A DNA stretch of 64,000 nucleotides from Octopus sinensis (taxonomy: Eukaryota). Where the stretch lies: contig NC_043012.1 in NCBI RefSeq assembly GCF_006345805.1, positions 15,438,001 to 15,502,000 on the forward strand, in the 5' to 3' direction. The position numbers and the translations under genes are program-made. The notes beneath the pieces were generated by a model. That model was not told the DNA's origin. It searched no databases and saw only the letters and a list, made by a program, of their open reading frames with translations. Shown piece after piece: positions 52,572-64,000 of the stretch. Each line of letters begins with the position of its first letter. Positions within the stretch are counted from its first letter, which is position 1.

Positions 52572-53554
52572 TATCAAACTAAAGTTATATAACAAACAGA
52601 TATAAGGTCATCCACATAACATTTCAGAACTCGAACATTCAATCATAGAAAAGACATTTAGACTTCACAGAAGATGGAATATAATTCATCTGTACAAGCA
52701 TATAAGAAAGTGCGAGAAAAAATGTGTGAATATATATGAATACAGTTCATCACGGTTAAAAGTTAATACTTTATCGATTAAGAAAAATATATTTAAAAAA
52801 AAAAAACCATTACAACACATAGAAGGTAAGACGTAAAAATATAGTATAAAGTAATATATAAATATATAGGTATATAAAAATATATAGAAAAATATATAAA
52901 TATAGGAAGCATATATACATTCTGACATAAATAAAATAACAAAGGAGAAGCATAAAAAAAATATTTTGTTACATTTCAGTTAACCTGTAATATAATGCAC
53001 GTATAATCATGTCATTACCTGTTTTATACATCATAGTATGATACATAAATAGGAAAACTACCTGAGCAAAAATCCCATGTGTTGACTGTGGACACGCTCC
53101 TCTGCAAATGACCTGCTATTATTTTGTAAACAGTGTTTTGAAACTGTTCAATGTGTTTGAATGGAGAGAACTGATTCACACACTCAGTGTAGGAGACCCA
53201 GGTTGCTATAGTTACTTCATTCGACAATAATACTCAATAGAGGGTGAAGGGCGTTAGGAAGCATATAAAAATATATAATATATAATGTAAAATAAAATAA
53301 AGGTTCATTGTTTAGAAAATCTTATAAAATTACTATCGAATAAGAGAGGCCTTATAGTTAAAAAAGAGGAAACCATATTTACTAAATTCCCTACGGCCAT
53401 TTCAGGGGTATATTATTGTGTTTAAAGCACTAGGGTGCATCACGCTAATAACTCCTTCATCAGGGGAAAAATAGAGAGACAGACACCATCGCATAGCAGG
53501 CTTAACACAATATTGTGTGTTTTCTTATTGAAGCAGTCATGCTCAGACGAGCCC
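52572..53554 (-). mobile_element. Second copy of the 30607-31350 element, with a 339-bp insert and lacking the right inverted end
   Basis: Sequence match to 30607-31216; both copies end at cagacgagccca. Confidence 0.8.
53387..53469 (-). ncRNA. Type-I hammerhead motif, apparently identical to 31048-31130
   Basis: Same sequence by eye. Confidence 0.75.
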
Positions 53555-53970
53555 AGAAGAAAGAATTAAAGCAGTAAAAAAATGATTTTATATAAAGCAG
53601 TAGAAAAATAAAGCAGTAAAGAAAAAAAAATGGGTGTATTAAATTAAATTGAACATACATACATTAAATTAAATTAAATTGAACATACATACATATATAT
53701 ATCTCAAAATAAGAAAATACAATGTTAGATATACCAAGTTGATGAGATTGCATTCTGTATAAAGTTCTCCATTACCTATTTACAGTAGTATAATAATATA
53801 GCCTTGTTATTATAGATTTTGAAGAGTGAGAATGCACTGAGAGCCAGCTTTGTATAGCAAGTGTTTGAAGCTAACTAGGAAAATTTTCATGCCTGCAATG
53901 CATGTGGGACACAGCTTTAATCAATATAGACTTTAAATGCTTTGAAGCTGTTTCCATTTTCTTCTTTTTA

Positions 53971-54506
53971 TTGGGTTGTCTGCAAAGTTTGTGTCGATTT
54001 ATAGTAGCTTACCTTTCGACTTATTTTAGAATATGGTTGAGTCCTTAAAATAGGTTTTGACTACACCTCCATTTAGAACACAGTTTAAGCTATCTTTGCG
54101 TAGAAGAAAGTTTATGTTGCTATAATCTGTATTAATTTTGTAACCCTTTATAATGGAAGATAAGAAAGTTCATTTTCGGCAACTGATGTTGGCTGGGATG
54201 TGTTACCCCACCCTCCATATTCACCAGATATTGCTCCTTCGGATTTCCACTTATTCAGGTTTCTGCAGAATAGTTTTAATGGTAAAAATTTCAATTTCTT
54301 GGATGACATAAAAAGATACCTTGATAAATTCTTTGCCATGAAACCACCTCAATTCTGGGAAGAGGGTATTTTCAAGTTAAAGGAAAGATGGAGACGCATT
54401 GTGCAACAAAATGGTTCATATTTGGTTGATTAAAAATATAATGGAAAGTATTTATTGACCTTTTTCTTTCCTTTACAAATCGGCATTAAGTTTCCAGACA
54501 GCCCAA
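53971..54506 (+). mobile_element. Internally deleted mariner (536 bp), sister of 36577-37142
   Basis: TIRs and TA TSD; LPHPPYSPDIAPSDFHLF. Confidence 0.93.
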
Positions 54507-54599
54507 TATTTTATTTTTCAGTATTTGTTTAGAACTGCGTGATCAAACTTTGACAGTAATTTTGAAACAATAAAAATTTAATTATCATTTATATTATTG

Positions 54600-55190
54600 A
54601 AGCACGACCTTCGAACTTTAGGTCTCACCGAGGAAATGATTAGAGACCAAGACCTTTGGAAGTATGCTGTGTGTGAGAAGACCCGGCAGGACAAGTGAGA
54701 CCATAACCCGTGGCCTCTACCTGAGATGTAGCCAGTCCACTTATGCATATCTTTCCTTCTTGGGACACAAAACTCTACTTGTGAAGACCTGTTGAGGCAA
54801 GTGAAAATCCAAATCAAAGTCAAAATCAAAATTGAAATCAATCAACATCAATGGAAATTGTAGCTGTGATACAAGTGCTGGTGGCACATAAGAGAACAAT
54901 CCGAATGTGGCTGTTGCCACCACGACTGGCCTCCGTGCTGGTGGTACATAAAAAGCACCATCCGATCGTGGCCGTTTGCCAGCTCTGTCTGGCACCTGTG
55001 CGGGTGGCATGTAAAAAGCACCCACTATACTCACGGAGTGGTTGGCGTTAGAAAGGGCATCCAGCTGTAGAAACACTGCCAGATCAGACTGGAGCCTGGT
55101 GCAGCCTCCTGGCTTACCAGACCCCAGTTGAACCATCCAACCCATGCTAGCATAGAAAGCAGACACTAAACGATGATGATGATGATGATT
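54600..55190 (+). mobile_element. RTE 3' fragment
   Basis: KHDLRTLGLTEEMIRDQDLWKYAV, then the family UTR and (GAT)n. Confidence 0.85.
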
Positions 55191-56344
55191 ATTGCTATAA
55201 TTATATGATTATTTAGGTGATATAGGACATTAAAATGTTAAAGAGCATTCAGATTTTTAAAAAGTATGTAATTTAGAAAGGCAGGAAATGTAGCAGAGTT
55301 CATGGCAGGAAATCAATTCCAAATACTTGCAGCTCTGTGGAGGAAAAACTAAGCAGATATTTGATGCTGTGTGTCGAAAATGAAAGATAGTAGTTATTTC
55401 AGAAAAAACCTCTATTCTGTGATATACACGTAGAGTCCATTATGTCTAGGAAGAAAGACGGGATGATCACAGATGGGACGTCTTTGATCATATCTGTTCA
55501 ATCAGATCCAACTCGGGACTAAACAACACGTAGCGAAGGGAACAAGACGAGGCAATGAGAGAGCCATTGCTCGAGTTGCTAGAAAGAGCAACCAAATCTT
55601 CCTGTCAAAACGAAAAATGAAATTTCCGTCATCAAGAAAAAAAAAGGTTATATTATTTTATAATGTTTGCTTAGGAATTCATTACTTCTAGAAAAGAATG
55701 GCCTGGAATGCCTTTTCTCACAGATCCATTACAATCAGAGCTATCCTGTGGTTGAAACAATATTCTTCACTGAATGATGAAGCAGCTAAAGTTAAAGAAA
55801 AGTTGAAAGAATAAAAGACAGCAAGTATGAAACTTCAGATACTGGTTGAATGGGTCAGAGGTTTTTCTATTCTGTACATAAAAAAGTTTGGCTACTGTTT
55901 CTAGCAGGTCATGCAACTACATACAGGCTCCATCTTTGGTCTGTCTCAGTAATAACTTTGTTGTTATTTAGCCTCAAATCAACCCTGATACAGCAAACCT
56001 ATGTTGCTATAAAAACATCTCTGGTTATCAAAGAAGGGTTTTGTTAGGAGAGTGGACCCGGAAGTTGTTCACAAACAGCAGCAGTAATTTTCTTCAGCTG
56101 AATACACATCATTGATTGGTTAAAATTACCCCAATACAACAACTTTAACATACAAAATTTTGTCAAAAACATTAAAAGTAAACCCTGTTCAATATGACAC
56201 ATTCTACTACTATCCAAACTTTCAAAGTGTTTAGTTAAAAAAAAAAAAAATTTTAATCTTTCCATCAAATTGAAAAGATCCCTTATCCCCCACCAACACA
56301 CATGCATATATGAATATATATCCACAAAGACAAACACACACACA

Positions 56345-56384
<40 letters not shown>

Positions 56385-56689
56385 TACATACATACATAAA
56401 TACATACATACATACATACATAAATACATACACACATACATACATATGAGTTTGGGTGGATACTGTATTAGTTTTCAGTTAAGTTCCAGTAAACAGCAAA
56501 TCACAATGAATGCTGTTCCAAATATTTAGATTTAAGAGACATTAATATCAAAAAGAATTTGTGAATTCCACAAAAAAAATTCCTTCAAATTCTGCAAATA
56601 TTATTTTTCAATTTTCCAAAATCTTGTAACACAGACAGCAATTATAGATTCCCAATTTCTTTGTTGATTGGAATGATTTGAGAAAGTAA

Positions 56690-57980
56690 TGGAAAAATTT
56701 AATACAATCACAAGACGATGATGATGATGAGATAAACTTTACAGAAAATTTTCCAAATTGCCTTATGATTCACTGTATCGAAGGCTTTGGTCAATTTGAC
56801 AAAATCTATTGTACAAGTCAGTCTTTCACGCACGTGCTTTTTCTTGAACTTGTCAAAGAGCAAAAATCATGTCAACTGTGCCTCTCAGACAGAAATCCAC
56901 ATTGGGATTCAGGATATATGCATGTTTACTATTGATGAGGTTAAGAATCACCCTTAAAAGAATTTTTCCATCATTGCACAGCAAACTATACACCATTCTT
57001 CCCTTTGGTTTTTGGTACAAGTGCATTATAATTGTATCTTTGAACTATTGGGGAACATCCAATTTCTTGGATCAAACAGACCAGTTTGTGCAGCTTTCTT
57101 ACAAGCTGTCTACTACCAGGTTTGTACACTTCTATGGGAATACTGTCTTCTCCAGGAACTTTACCATTGAGAAGTTTTTTAATAGCTGTACTTATCTCTT
57201 CTAAGGAAGGTTCTTCTGCAATTTCCTCAATTATAGGCTTCTGATGGATTTCTTTGATTACATCAGGATCAGTAATGGATTCTTGATTTAATATGGATTT
57301 AAAATGTCAGCCCATCTTTTCAGAATTTCAGCTTTGCTACTTAAGATTTTTGACCTGTCATTAGAAAGAATAGGTTCTGTACTGCCCTTGTTTTGGAACA
57401 AATACATCTTTCAGTTTATCATACAATGCTTTCAAGTAATAGTAGTTAGCAGACAGTTCCAGTTCTTGGACTTTCTTGCCCACCAAGAATTTTTCATCTC
57501 ATGCAATTTTTTCCAAGCAATTTTCTTAGAGAAGATGTATAAGAATCTGAGTGATGGTGAATTTTGGTTTCAGATCCATGCCTTGTGTCTTTTGTGCATA
57601 GTTTTTAGGAAAAGTGTGATTTGAGAATTATTCTCATTGAACCAATTTTGATGCTTGGCTTTGATATTGGAAAAGCAGTGTTATACCTAGATAGAATGAG
57701 TCTTACAGGTGCCATTACATTTTACAAAGAGACGGCCAGCACCCTTTGTGCTAGAAATGTCCATCAACACCCTTTGCCTGTTCTTGTCATCATAGGACAC
57801 TTAACTCACTTTCAAACTACCTCAACAATGAATTTGCTTGAAGTAGTATGGACTTGTGTCACTAGTCACACTCTCTTGTCCAGAAAGCTTAAATTCTGGT
57901 GCATATTAATGCCACTTGGGGAAAAAACTGTCTGGATGTGGGGCTGGTGGCTTAGCAGCATCCAAAATGGAATTTGTTCA
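56690..57980 (-). pseudogene. Old RTE/BovB-like LINE ORF remnant
   Basis: Minus-strand remnants QCGF..., LTKAFDTV and WFNENN. Confidence 0.65.
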
Positions 57981-58011
57981 GGTTTCAATAATAGATGAAG
58001 CTCCACTCCTC

Positions 58012-58062
<51 letters not shown>

Positions 58063-60164
58063 CACTCATGGAGTGGTTGGCGTTAGGAAGGGCATCCAGC
58101 TGTAGAAACATTGCCAGATAAGACCGGAGCCTGGTGCAGCCTTCTGGCTTCCCAGATCCCCGGTCGAACCGTCCAACCCATGCTAGCATGGAGAACGGAT
58201 GTTAAACGATGATGATGATGATGATGATAATGATAATCCTTTCTACTATAGATACAAGGCCTGAAATTTTTGGGGAGGGAACTAATCGATTACATTGACC
58301 CCAGTGTTTCCCTGGTACTTCATTTACCCTTCTCAATTTAATTTAAAAAAATAAAAATGACCTGCTGTTCTGATTATCCGACTATGCACCCAAATTCCAG
58401 ATTCCCTGTCCATGATACTTAACTCTGGCTTGAGACAATACTTAACAAAGTACATCCTTTCCTCCATTCTTTCATGTGATAATTCATGGTCTCTAAGGAC
58501 TTCTTCCATAAGAAATTCATTATATCGCAACGTTGAAATAAATATAAATCATAGCAGACTTAGAGTAATGAATAATAAATCTGTCCCATGCCAGCCCTGC
58601 AAAATAAGGACATAATGCAGAGAACTTCCTGCACCACAAACAGTTCTCCAGTTACACTCAAAGAAGATAGAATCAGGGTATATGAGGGGCTGCAGAGAAA
58701 AAGAAGATTTAATAAGAAATGGTATAAACGGAATTTGCCCCGAGATATCATAAAAAAAATTATGGAACAGGCTAGAAAGGGTTAGTAAGGTAGAGTAGGC
58801 AAACACATGATAAAAGAGAATTAGCCCAAAAGTTCAGGAAAAGTCTGAGTAATGCTAAACTTAAAATTACAAGAGTAGAGAAACCAGGGATATCCAGTGG
58901 ATAACAAATAACTAGACCATATCACTTTGATAAGACAACATACACCAATTGGAATTATAGGAGGAGAACCCCTTTGGTCATGAATGACCATGGGATTGCA
59001 CCTAGAAAGTTACCCTCCGAGGTACAAGTCCGGGCAAGATTGTTTGTGGGAGGCTAGCAGTCACCCATGCATACCGGCCTCCCCACTCCACGCCACCGGT
59101 GTTATCCAAGGGAAAGGCAAAGGGGTTAATACAGCTTGGCACTAGTGATGTCGCAACTCATTTCTACAGCTGAGTTAAGCTGTACATATTTATTTCAATG
59201 TTGCGATATAATGAATTTCTTATGGAAGAAGTCCTTAGAGACCATGAATTATCACATGAAAGAATGGAGGAAAGGATGTACTTTGTTAAGTATTGTCTCA
59301 AGCCAGAGTTAAGTATCATGGACAGGGAATCTGGAATTTGGGTGCATAGTCGGATAAGCAGAACAGTAGGTCATTTTTATTTTAAAAAATTAAATTGAGA
59401 TAAAATAATTACATACATAATACATATGTATATTCTGTTGTGTCTGGGGAGAGTCATTTTCTTTTTGTGCCTTATAACACACTCACCAGTAAAATTTTCA
59501 TTTTTTTCTTATTTTTTAAGGCACAAAAAGAAAATGACTCTCCCCAGACACAACAGAATATGCTTCAACACACGAACTCATATAAAGAATCTTGCAAACC
59601 AAATCCCCAAACGAAACATATGTATATGATACATATATAATAATTTTTTTTATGATATCTCGGGCAAATTCCATATATACCATTTCTTATTAAATCTTCT
59701 TTTTCTCTGCAGCCCCTCATATACCCTGATTCTATCTTCTTTGAGTGTAACTGGAGAACTGTTTGTGGTGCAGGAAGTTCTCTGCATTATGTCCTTATTT
59801 TGCAGGGCTGGCATGGGATAGATTTATTATTCATTACTCTAAGTCTGCTATGATTTATATTTATTTCAACGTTGCGATATAATGAATTTCTTATGGAAGA
59901 AGTCCTTAGAGACCATGAATTATCACATGAAAGAATGGAGGAAAGGATGTACTTTGTTAAGTATTGTCTCAAGCCAGAGTTAAGTATCATGGACAGGGAA
60001 TCTGGAATTTGGATGCATAGTCGGATAATCAGAAGAGTAGGTCATTTTTATTTTTTTAAATTAAATTGAGAAGGGTAAATGAAGTACCAGGGAAACACTG
60101 GGGTCAATGTAATCGATTAGTTCCCTCCCCAAAAATTTCAGGCCTTGTATCTATAGTAGAAAGG

Positions 60165-60198
<34 letters not shown>

Positions 60199-60326
60199 GA
60201 GGAGTGGAGCTTCATCTATTATTGAAACCTGAACAAATTCCATTTTGGATGCTGCTAAGCCACCAGCCCCACATCCAGACAGTTTTTTCCCCAAGTGGCA
60301 TTAATATACACCAGAATTTAAGCTTT
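57883..60326. repeat. Large recent inverted duplication (arms ~57883-58760 and ~59645-60326) including a PLE endonuclease-like tail
   Basis: Mirror ORFs 58333-58530(-) and 59872-60069(+) differ by a few residues; a third partial copy lies at 59190-59400. Confidence 0.85.
58960..59175 (-). mobile_element. SINE 3' fragment (Ceph-SINE-like)
   Basis: GC-richer repeat-like segment; the family call is from recall only. Confidence 0.4.
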
Positions 60327-61220
60327 TTAAAATCCAAATCCAAAACCAAAGAAAACACAAACATGAGGAAAAAAGAAAGAAAAAAAAATCATCAGTTCAA
60401 CATCAAGGGCCTCAACTAGTTGCACACCACCAAGTTCAACTGAGCCTGCTGAAGCAAGCCAACATGCTGGTAGCATTAGCATGGGTTGATGGTGAGGCTA
60501 AGACATTGGAACAGCATCTGCATCAGCTGACACCATGGTAAAACTAAGCCACCGATGAGGGATGGTGTATTGTCACCTTGATGCTTTGGTGCATAGGGTT
60601 AGCTATAAAATTAATGTTTTCCATATATAACTTTGTGAAGTTCGCAAGATTTTACTTCTAAAGATTGTCTAAGTTTTCTGCCCTACCAGGACATAAAGAG
60701 ACTAGCCATGTCTCTAGCAGTGCTGGCACTAATCGCTGCCCCTTTTTCTTGTATGTACAGCTTATTAAATTTGAGCACATGTCCCTTCAATTACCTTTTT
60801 ATGCTGGCACAATGACATGTGGAGTCGTTTTTCTTATGTGTTATCCTTTGACCTTTGGATGAGTTTAACCACTCAGCTTCCACAGATGATGCACCCATAC
60901 ACACACACACGTTATCACTCAAATCCAGATAAATGATACAGAATCTGTAAACTAGGAAACAAACACATTTGGGGTAGAGAGATCATTACTGATGAGGTTG
61001 GGAATAGCAACGAAAAGATTATTAAAAACCAGCAGATTGATTTATTGCACAAACGATTGATCAAATTATCAATTAGCTAATTGGTTGACAAGTTGACTAA
61101 TAATTAACAACAGGTTTGAAATAGAAACTCTGTGGTGTATATTATTGGCATAATGATTCACAAGAGATATAACAAAAAAAAGGGGGGAGGAGGAAAGAAA
61201 GAAATCACTCATGTATATAC

Positions 61221-61480
61221 CTGCTAAAAGTAGCTTCACGTCGAGGATTATCTTAAATCTTTTGATCTAATATAGTAAAGCATCCTTGTATATCTGATTA
61301 GTTCTGCGCGATAGTATGGTTGAGAGTGCGACGTTGAACATATTTGTAGCAGAGTAAGAATATTACCCCACGCAAGGTGAAATGACAAAACTGCTGCGAC
61401 GACTGAGTTTTGCTTAAAAGTTGGAATGGAAATAGCAGATAACAGCAGCTGATTCTTGAGAACGATGTGTATTGTTTTTT
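61221..61480 (-). promoter_or_regulatory. Candidate first (5'-UTR) exon or promoter of the HtrL-like gene
   Basis: Non-repetitive, locally CpG-richer segment ending in a possible donor cag|gtatat at 61221/61220; no transcript evidence. Confidence 0.25.
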
Positions 61481-62014
61481 CTCGCATCAATTCTACCTTT
61501 TTTTTTTTAAATTTAAAAACACCAAATTGTTTTGTTTGCTTTCTTAGTCTTGTTTTGTTCGTTGACATTGTGGTAGATTTTTTTTTTTTGCGACAAATCA
61601 AAATTGTAGAATCGCTATTGTTGTTCAGGGTAATATTGTTATTGTTGTTAGAAACGGGTATGTATTAGCTGTTATCCTTTGTGGCCAATAAAAGAATTAA
61701 TTGTTAGAAATGGTTATTATTCTTTGTTTGTGACAAAAATAAAAACCAAAATATCACATATTGTGATTATTATAACAATATGCTATTTTTAAAAATAATA
61801 ATACATGTTACTGATAATAATGTTATTTTGTATTACAATATGTAATAATAATTTGTTATATATAATATGAATATTGATGAGGCAATTTAATGATAATGAT
61901 TTCTTTTAATCCTTAAAAAAATTCTATCACGGTCACCTAACAAGCTACGGTTTAGTAAAACATGATTCCTTCGTTAAACAAAGATTTATGATGATATTAT
62001 TGTTTTAGCCCGTA

Positions 62015-62410
62015 AGGCACCGAGCTGACAGAAAAAGTTGTCACGCCGGGCGAAATGCTTCGCGGTTTTTCGTCTGTCTTTATATTCTGAGTTCAAATTC
62101 CGCCGAGGTCGACTTTGCCTTTCATCCTTTCGAGGTCGATTAAATAAGTACCAGTTATGCACTGCGGTCGAAGTAATCGACTTAATCCGTTCGTCTCTCC
62201 TTGTTTGTCCTCTCTGTGTGTAGCCCCTTGTGGGCAGTAAAGAAATAGGTATTTCGTCTGTCTTTACGTTATGTGTTCAAACTCCGCCGAGGTCATTTTG
62301 CCTTTCATCCTTTCGGGGTCGATAAAATAAACACCAGGTGCGTACTGAGGTCGATCTAATTCACTTTCCTCCTCCCCCGAAATTTCGGGCCTTGTGCCTA
62401 GAGAAGAAAA
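62015..62410 (+). mobile_element. tRNA-derived SINE dimer (family of 1121-1354)
   Basis: Full unit followed by a second 5'-truncated unit with a different tail. Confidence 0.8.
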
Positions 62411-62969
62411 GAATATTGTTTTACCACGTGTCTTCCGAATATAAATAAATAAACAAATAAAATAAATAAAACAAAAACGATGTTGTAGCGATTGTCTCAT
62501 TCAACAAAGGCACCACACAATGGGTCAATTGGATGCGTATAAAAAATATTTGACGCAGGGAAAGTAGTACAACAACAACGAGACTGAAGAGATGAAAAAA
62601 AACACAAACAATATCGAAAAGAACCATGTGCTGAGATTTTGGATTTCCGTTCCAAATTTTCATCGAAACTCGTTCAAAGGACCAATTTGCAGTGGTCCTA
62701 CAAACCTACAATGTAGCAGTAATGCTGCTGATGTAACTAGCTGCGTGGTAGCGAGTCCGCCTATCATGTCACTGCTCTCCTCCCTCTTTTATTCATTTCG
62801 CTTCAGTACCGCAGCTGTTCTAGTAAAAGAAATCTTTTAAAAAGCAGAGCTGAATTGATGTGGGAGTGTTGTGAAGTTTGCCTTGTAAGTGTTGTATAAT
62901 AACGCGGTATTGATGTAGTGCTGTATAGTAAGGGAGTGTGTGATTCAGCGTAGTGGAGTAAAGTAGTAT

Positions 62970-64000
62970 GCTATAGTAATGCAGTACGTGATGAAGTATT
63001 GTGCTGTAATATAGTTTGTGATGTAGTGCTATATAGTAATGCAGTTTGTGATGTAGTATTGCATAGTAATGTAGTTTGTGATGTAGTATTGCATAGTAAT
63101 GCAGTTTGTGATGTAGTGCTGTATAGTAATGTAGTTTGTGATATAGTATTGCATAGTAATGTAGTTTGTGATGTAGTGCTGCATAGTAATGCAGTTTGTG
63201 ATGTAGTGCTGTACAGTAATGTAATTTGTGATGTAGTATTGCATAGTACTGCAGTTTGTGATGTAGTATTGCATAGTAATGTAGTTTGTGATGTAGTATT
63301 GCATAGTAATGTAGTTTGTGATGTAGTGCTGTATAGTAATGCAGTTTGTGATGTAGTATTGCATAGTAATGTAGTTTGTGATGTAGTATTGCATAGTAAT
63401 GCAGTTTGTGATGTAGTGCTGTATAGTAATGTAATTTGTGATGTAGTATTGCATAGTACTGCAGTTTGTGATGTAGTATTGCATAGTAATGTCGTTTGTA
63501 ATGTAGTATTGCATAGTAATGTAGTTTGTGATGTAGTGCTGTATAGTAATGTAATTTGTGATGTAGTATTGCATAGTACTGCAGTTTGTGATGTAGTATT
63601 GCATAGTAATGTAGTTTGTGATGTAGTATTGCATAGTAATGTAGTTTGTGATGTAGTGCTGTATAGTAATGCAGTTTGTGATGTAGTATTGCATAGTAAT
63701 GTAGTTTGTGATGTAGTATTGCATAGTAATGCAGTTTGTGATGTAGTGCTGTATAGTAATGTAATTTGTGATGTAGTATTGCATAGTACTGCAGTTTGTG
63801 ATGTAGTATTGCATAGTAATGTAGTTTGTGATGTAGTGCTGTATAGTAATGCAGTTTGTGATGTAGTATTGCATAGTAATGTAGTTTGTGATGTAGTATT
63901 GCATAGTAATGCAGTTTGTGATGTAGTGCTGTATAGTAATGTAATTTGTGATGTAGTATTGCATAGTACTGCAGTTTGTGATGTAGTATTGCATAGTAAT
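62970..64000. repeat. 30-bp satellite (gcatagtaatgtagtttgtgatgtagtatt), running off the window end
   Basis: Exact 30-bp register across lines, with a decayed left edge. Confidence 0.97.

Noticed and set aside
60410-60600. Possible RTE 5' UTR with an HDV-like ribozyme
   Set aside because: The nested double pseudoknot could not be assigned by eye
63029-63994. 321-aa MQYYITN ORF
   Set aside because: Translation of a 30-bp satellite, with no gene context

Overview
This is AT-rich, repeat-dense eukaryotic DNA. Its SINE/RTE repeat families resemble those of octopus or another cephalopod, which is inferred from recall rather than verified. Two host genes are supportable. One is the terminal ricin-B/QxW exon of a probable polypeptide GalNAc-transferase (+, 627-764). 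The other is a convergent minus-strand gene with four coding exons (38406->14915, 337 aa, splice phases consistent) encoding a type II membrane protein with a bacterial-type HtrL/YibB domain. The rest is a mosaic of mariner, Tc1, hAT, piggyBac and Helitron derivatives, Tx1, CR1-group and RTE LINEs, tRNA-derived SINEs, Penelope-like element (PLE) remnants, and 17-, 30- and 32-bp tandem arrays. The most striking hidden signal is about 11 type-I hammerhead ribozyme (HHR) motifs in several PLE-derived families. One cassette joins a tRNA-like Pol III head, a triplet repeat and an HHR. It forms the inverted terminal repeats of a Penelope element and also a free ~600-bp palindrome. Two apparently identical minus-strand HHRs lie 22 kb apart, in the same orientation as the HtrL-like gene. 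Coordinates were read by eye, and repeat boundaries are approximate.
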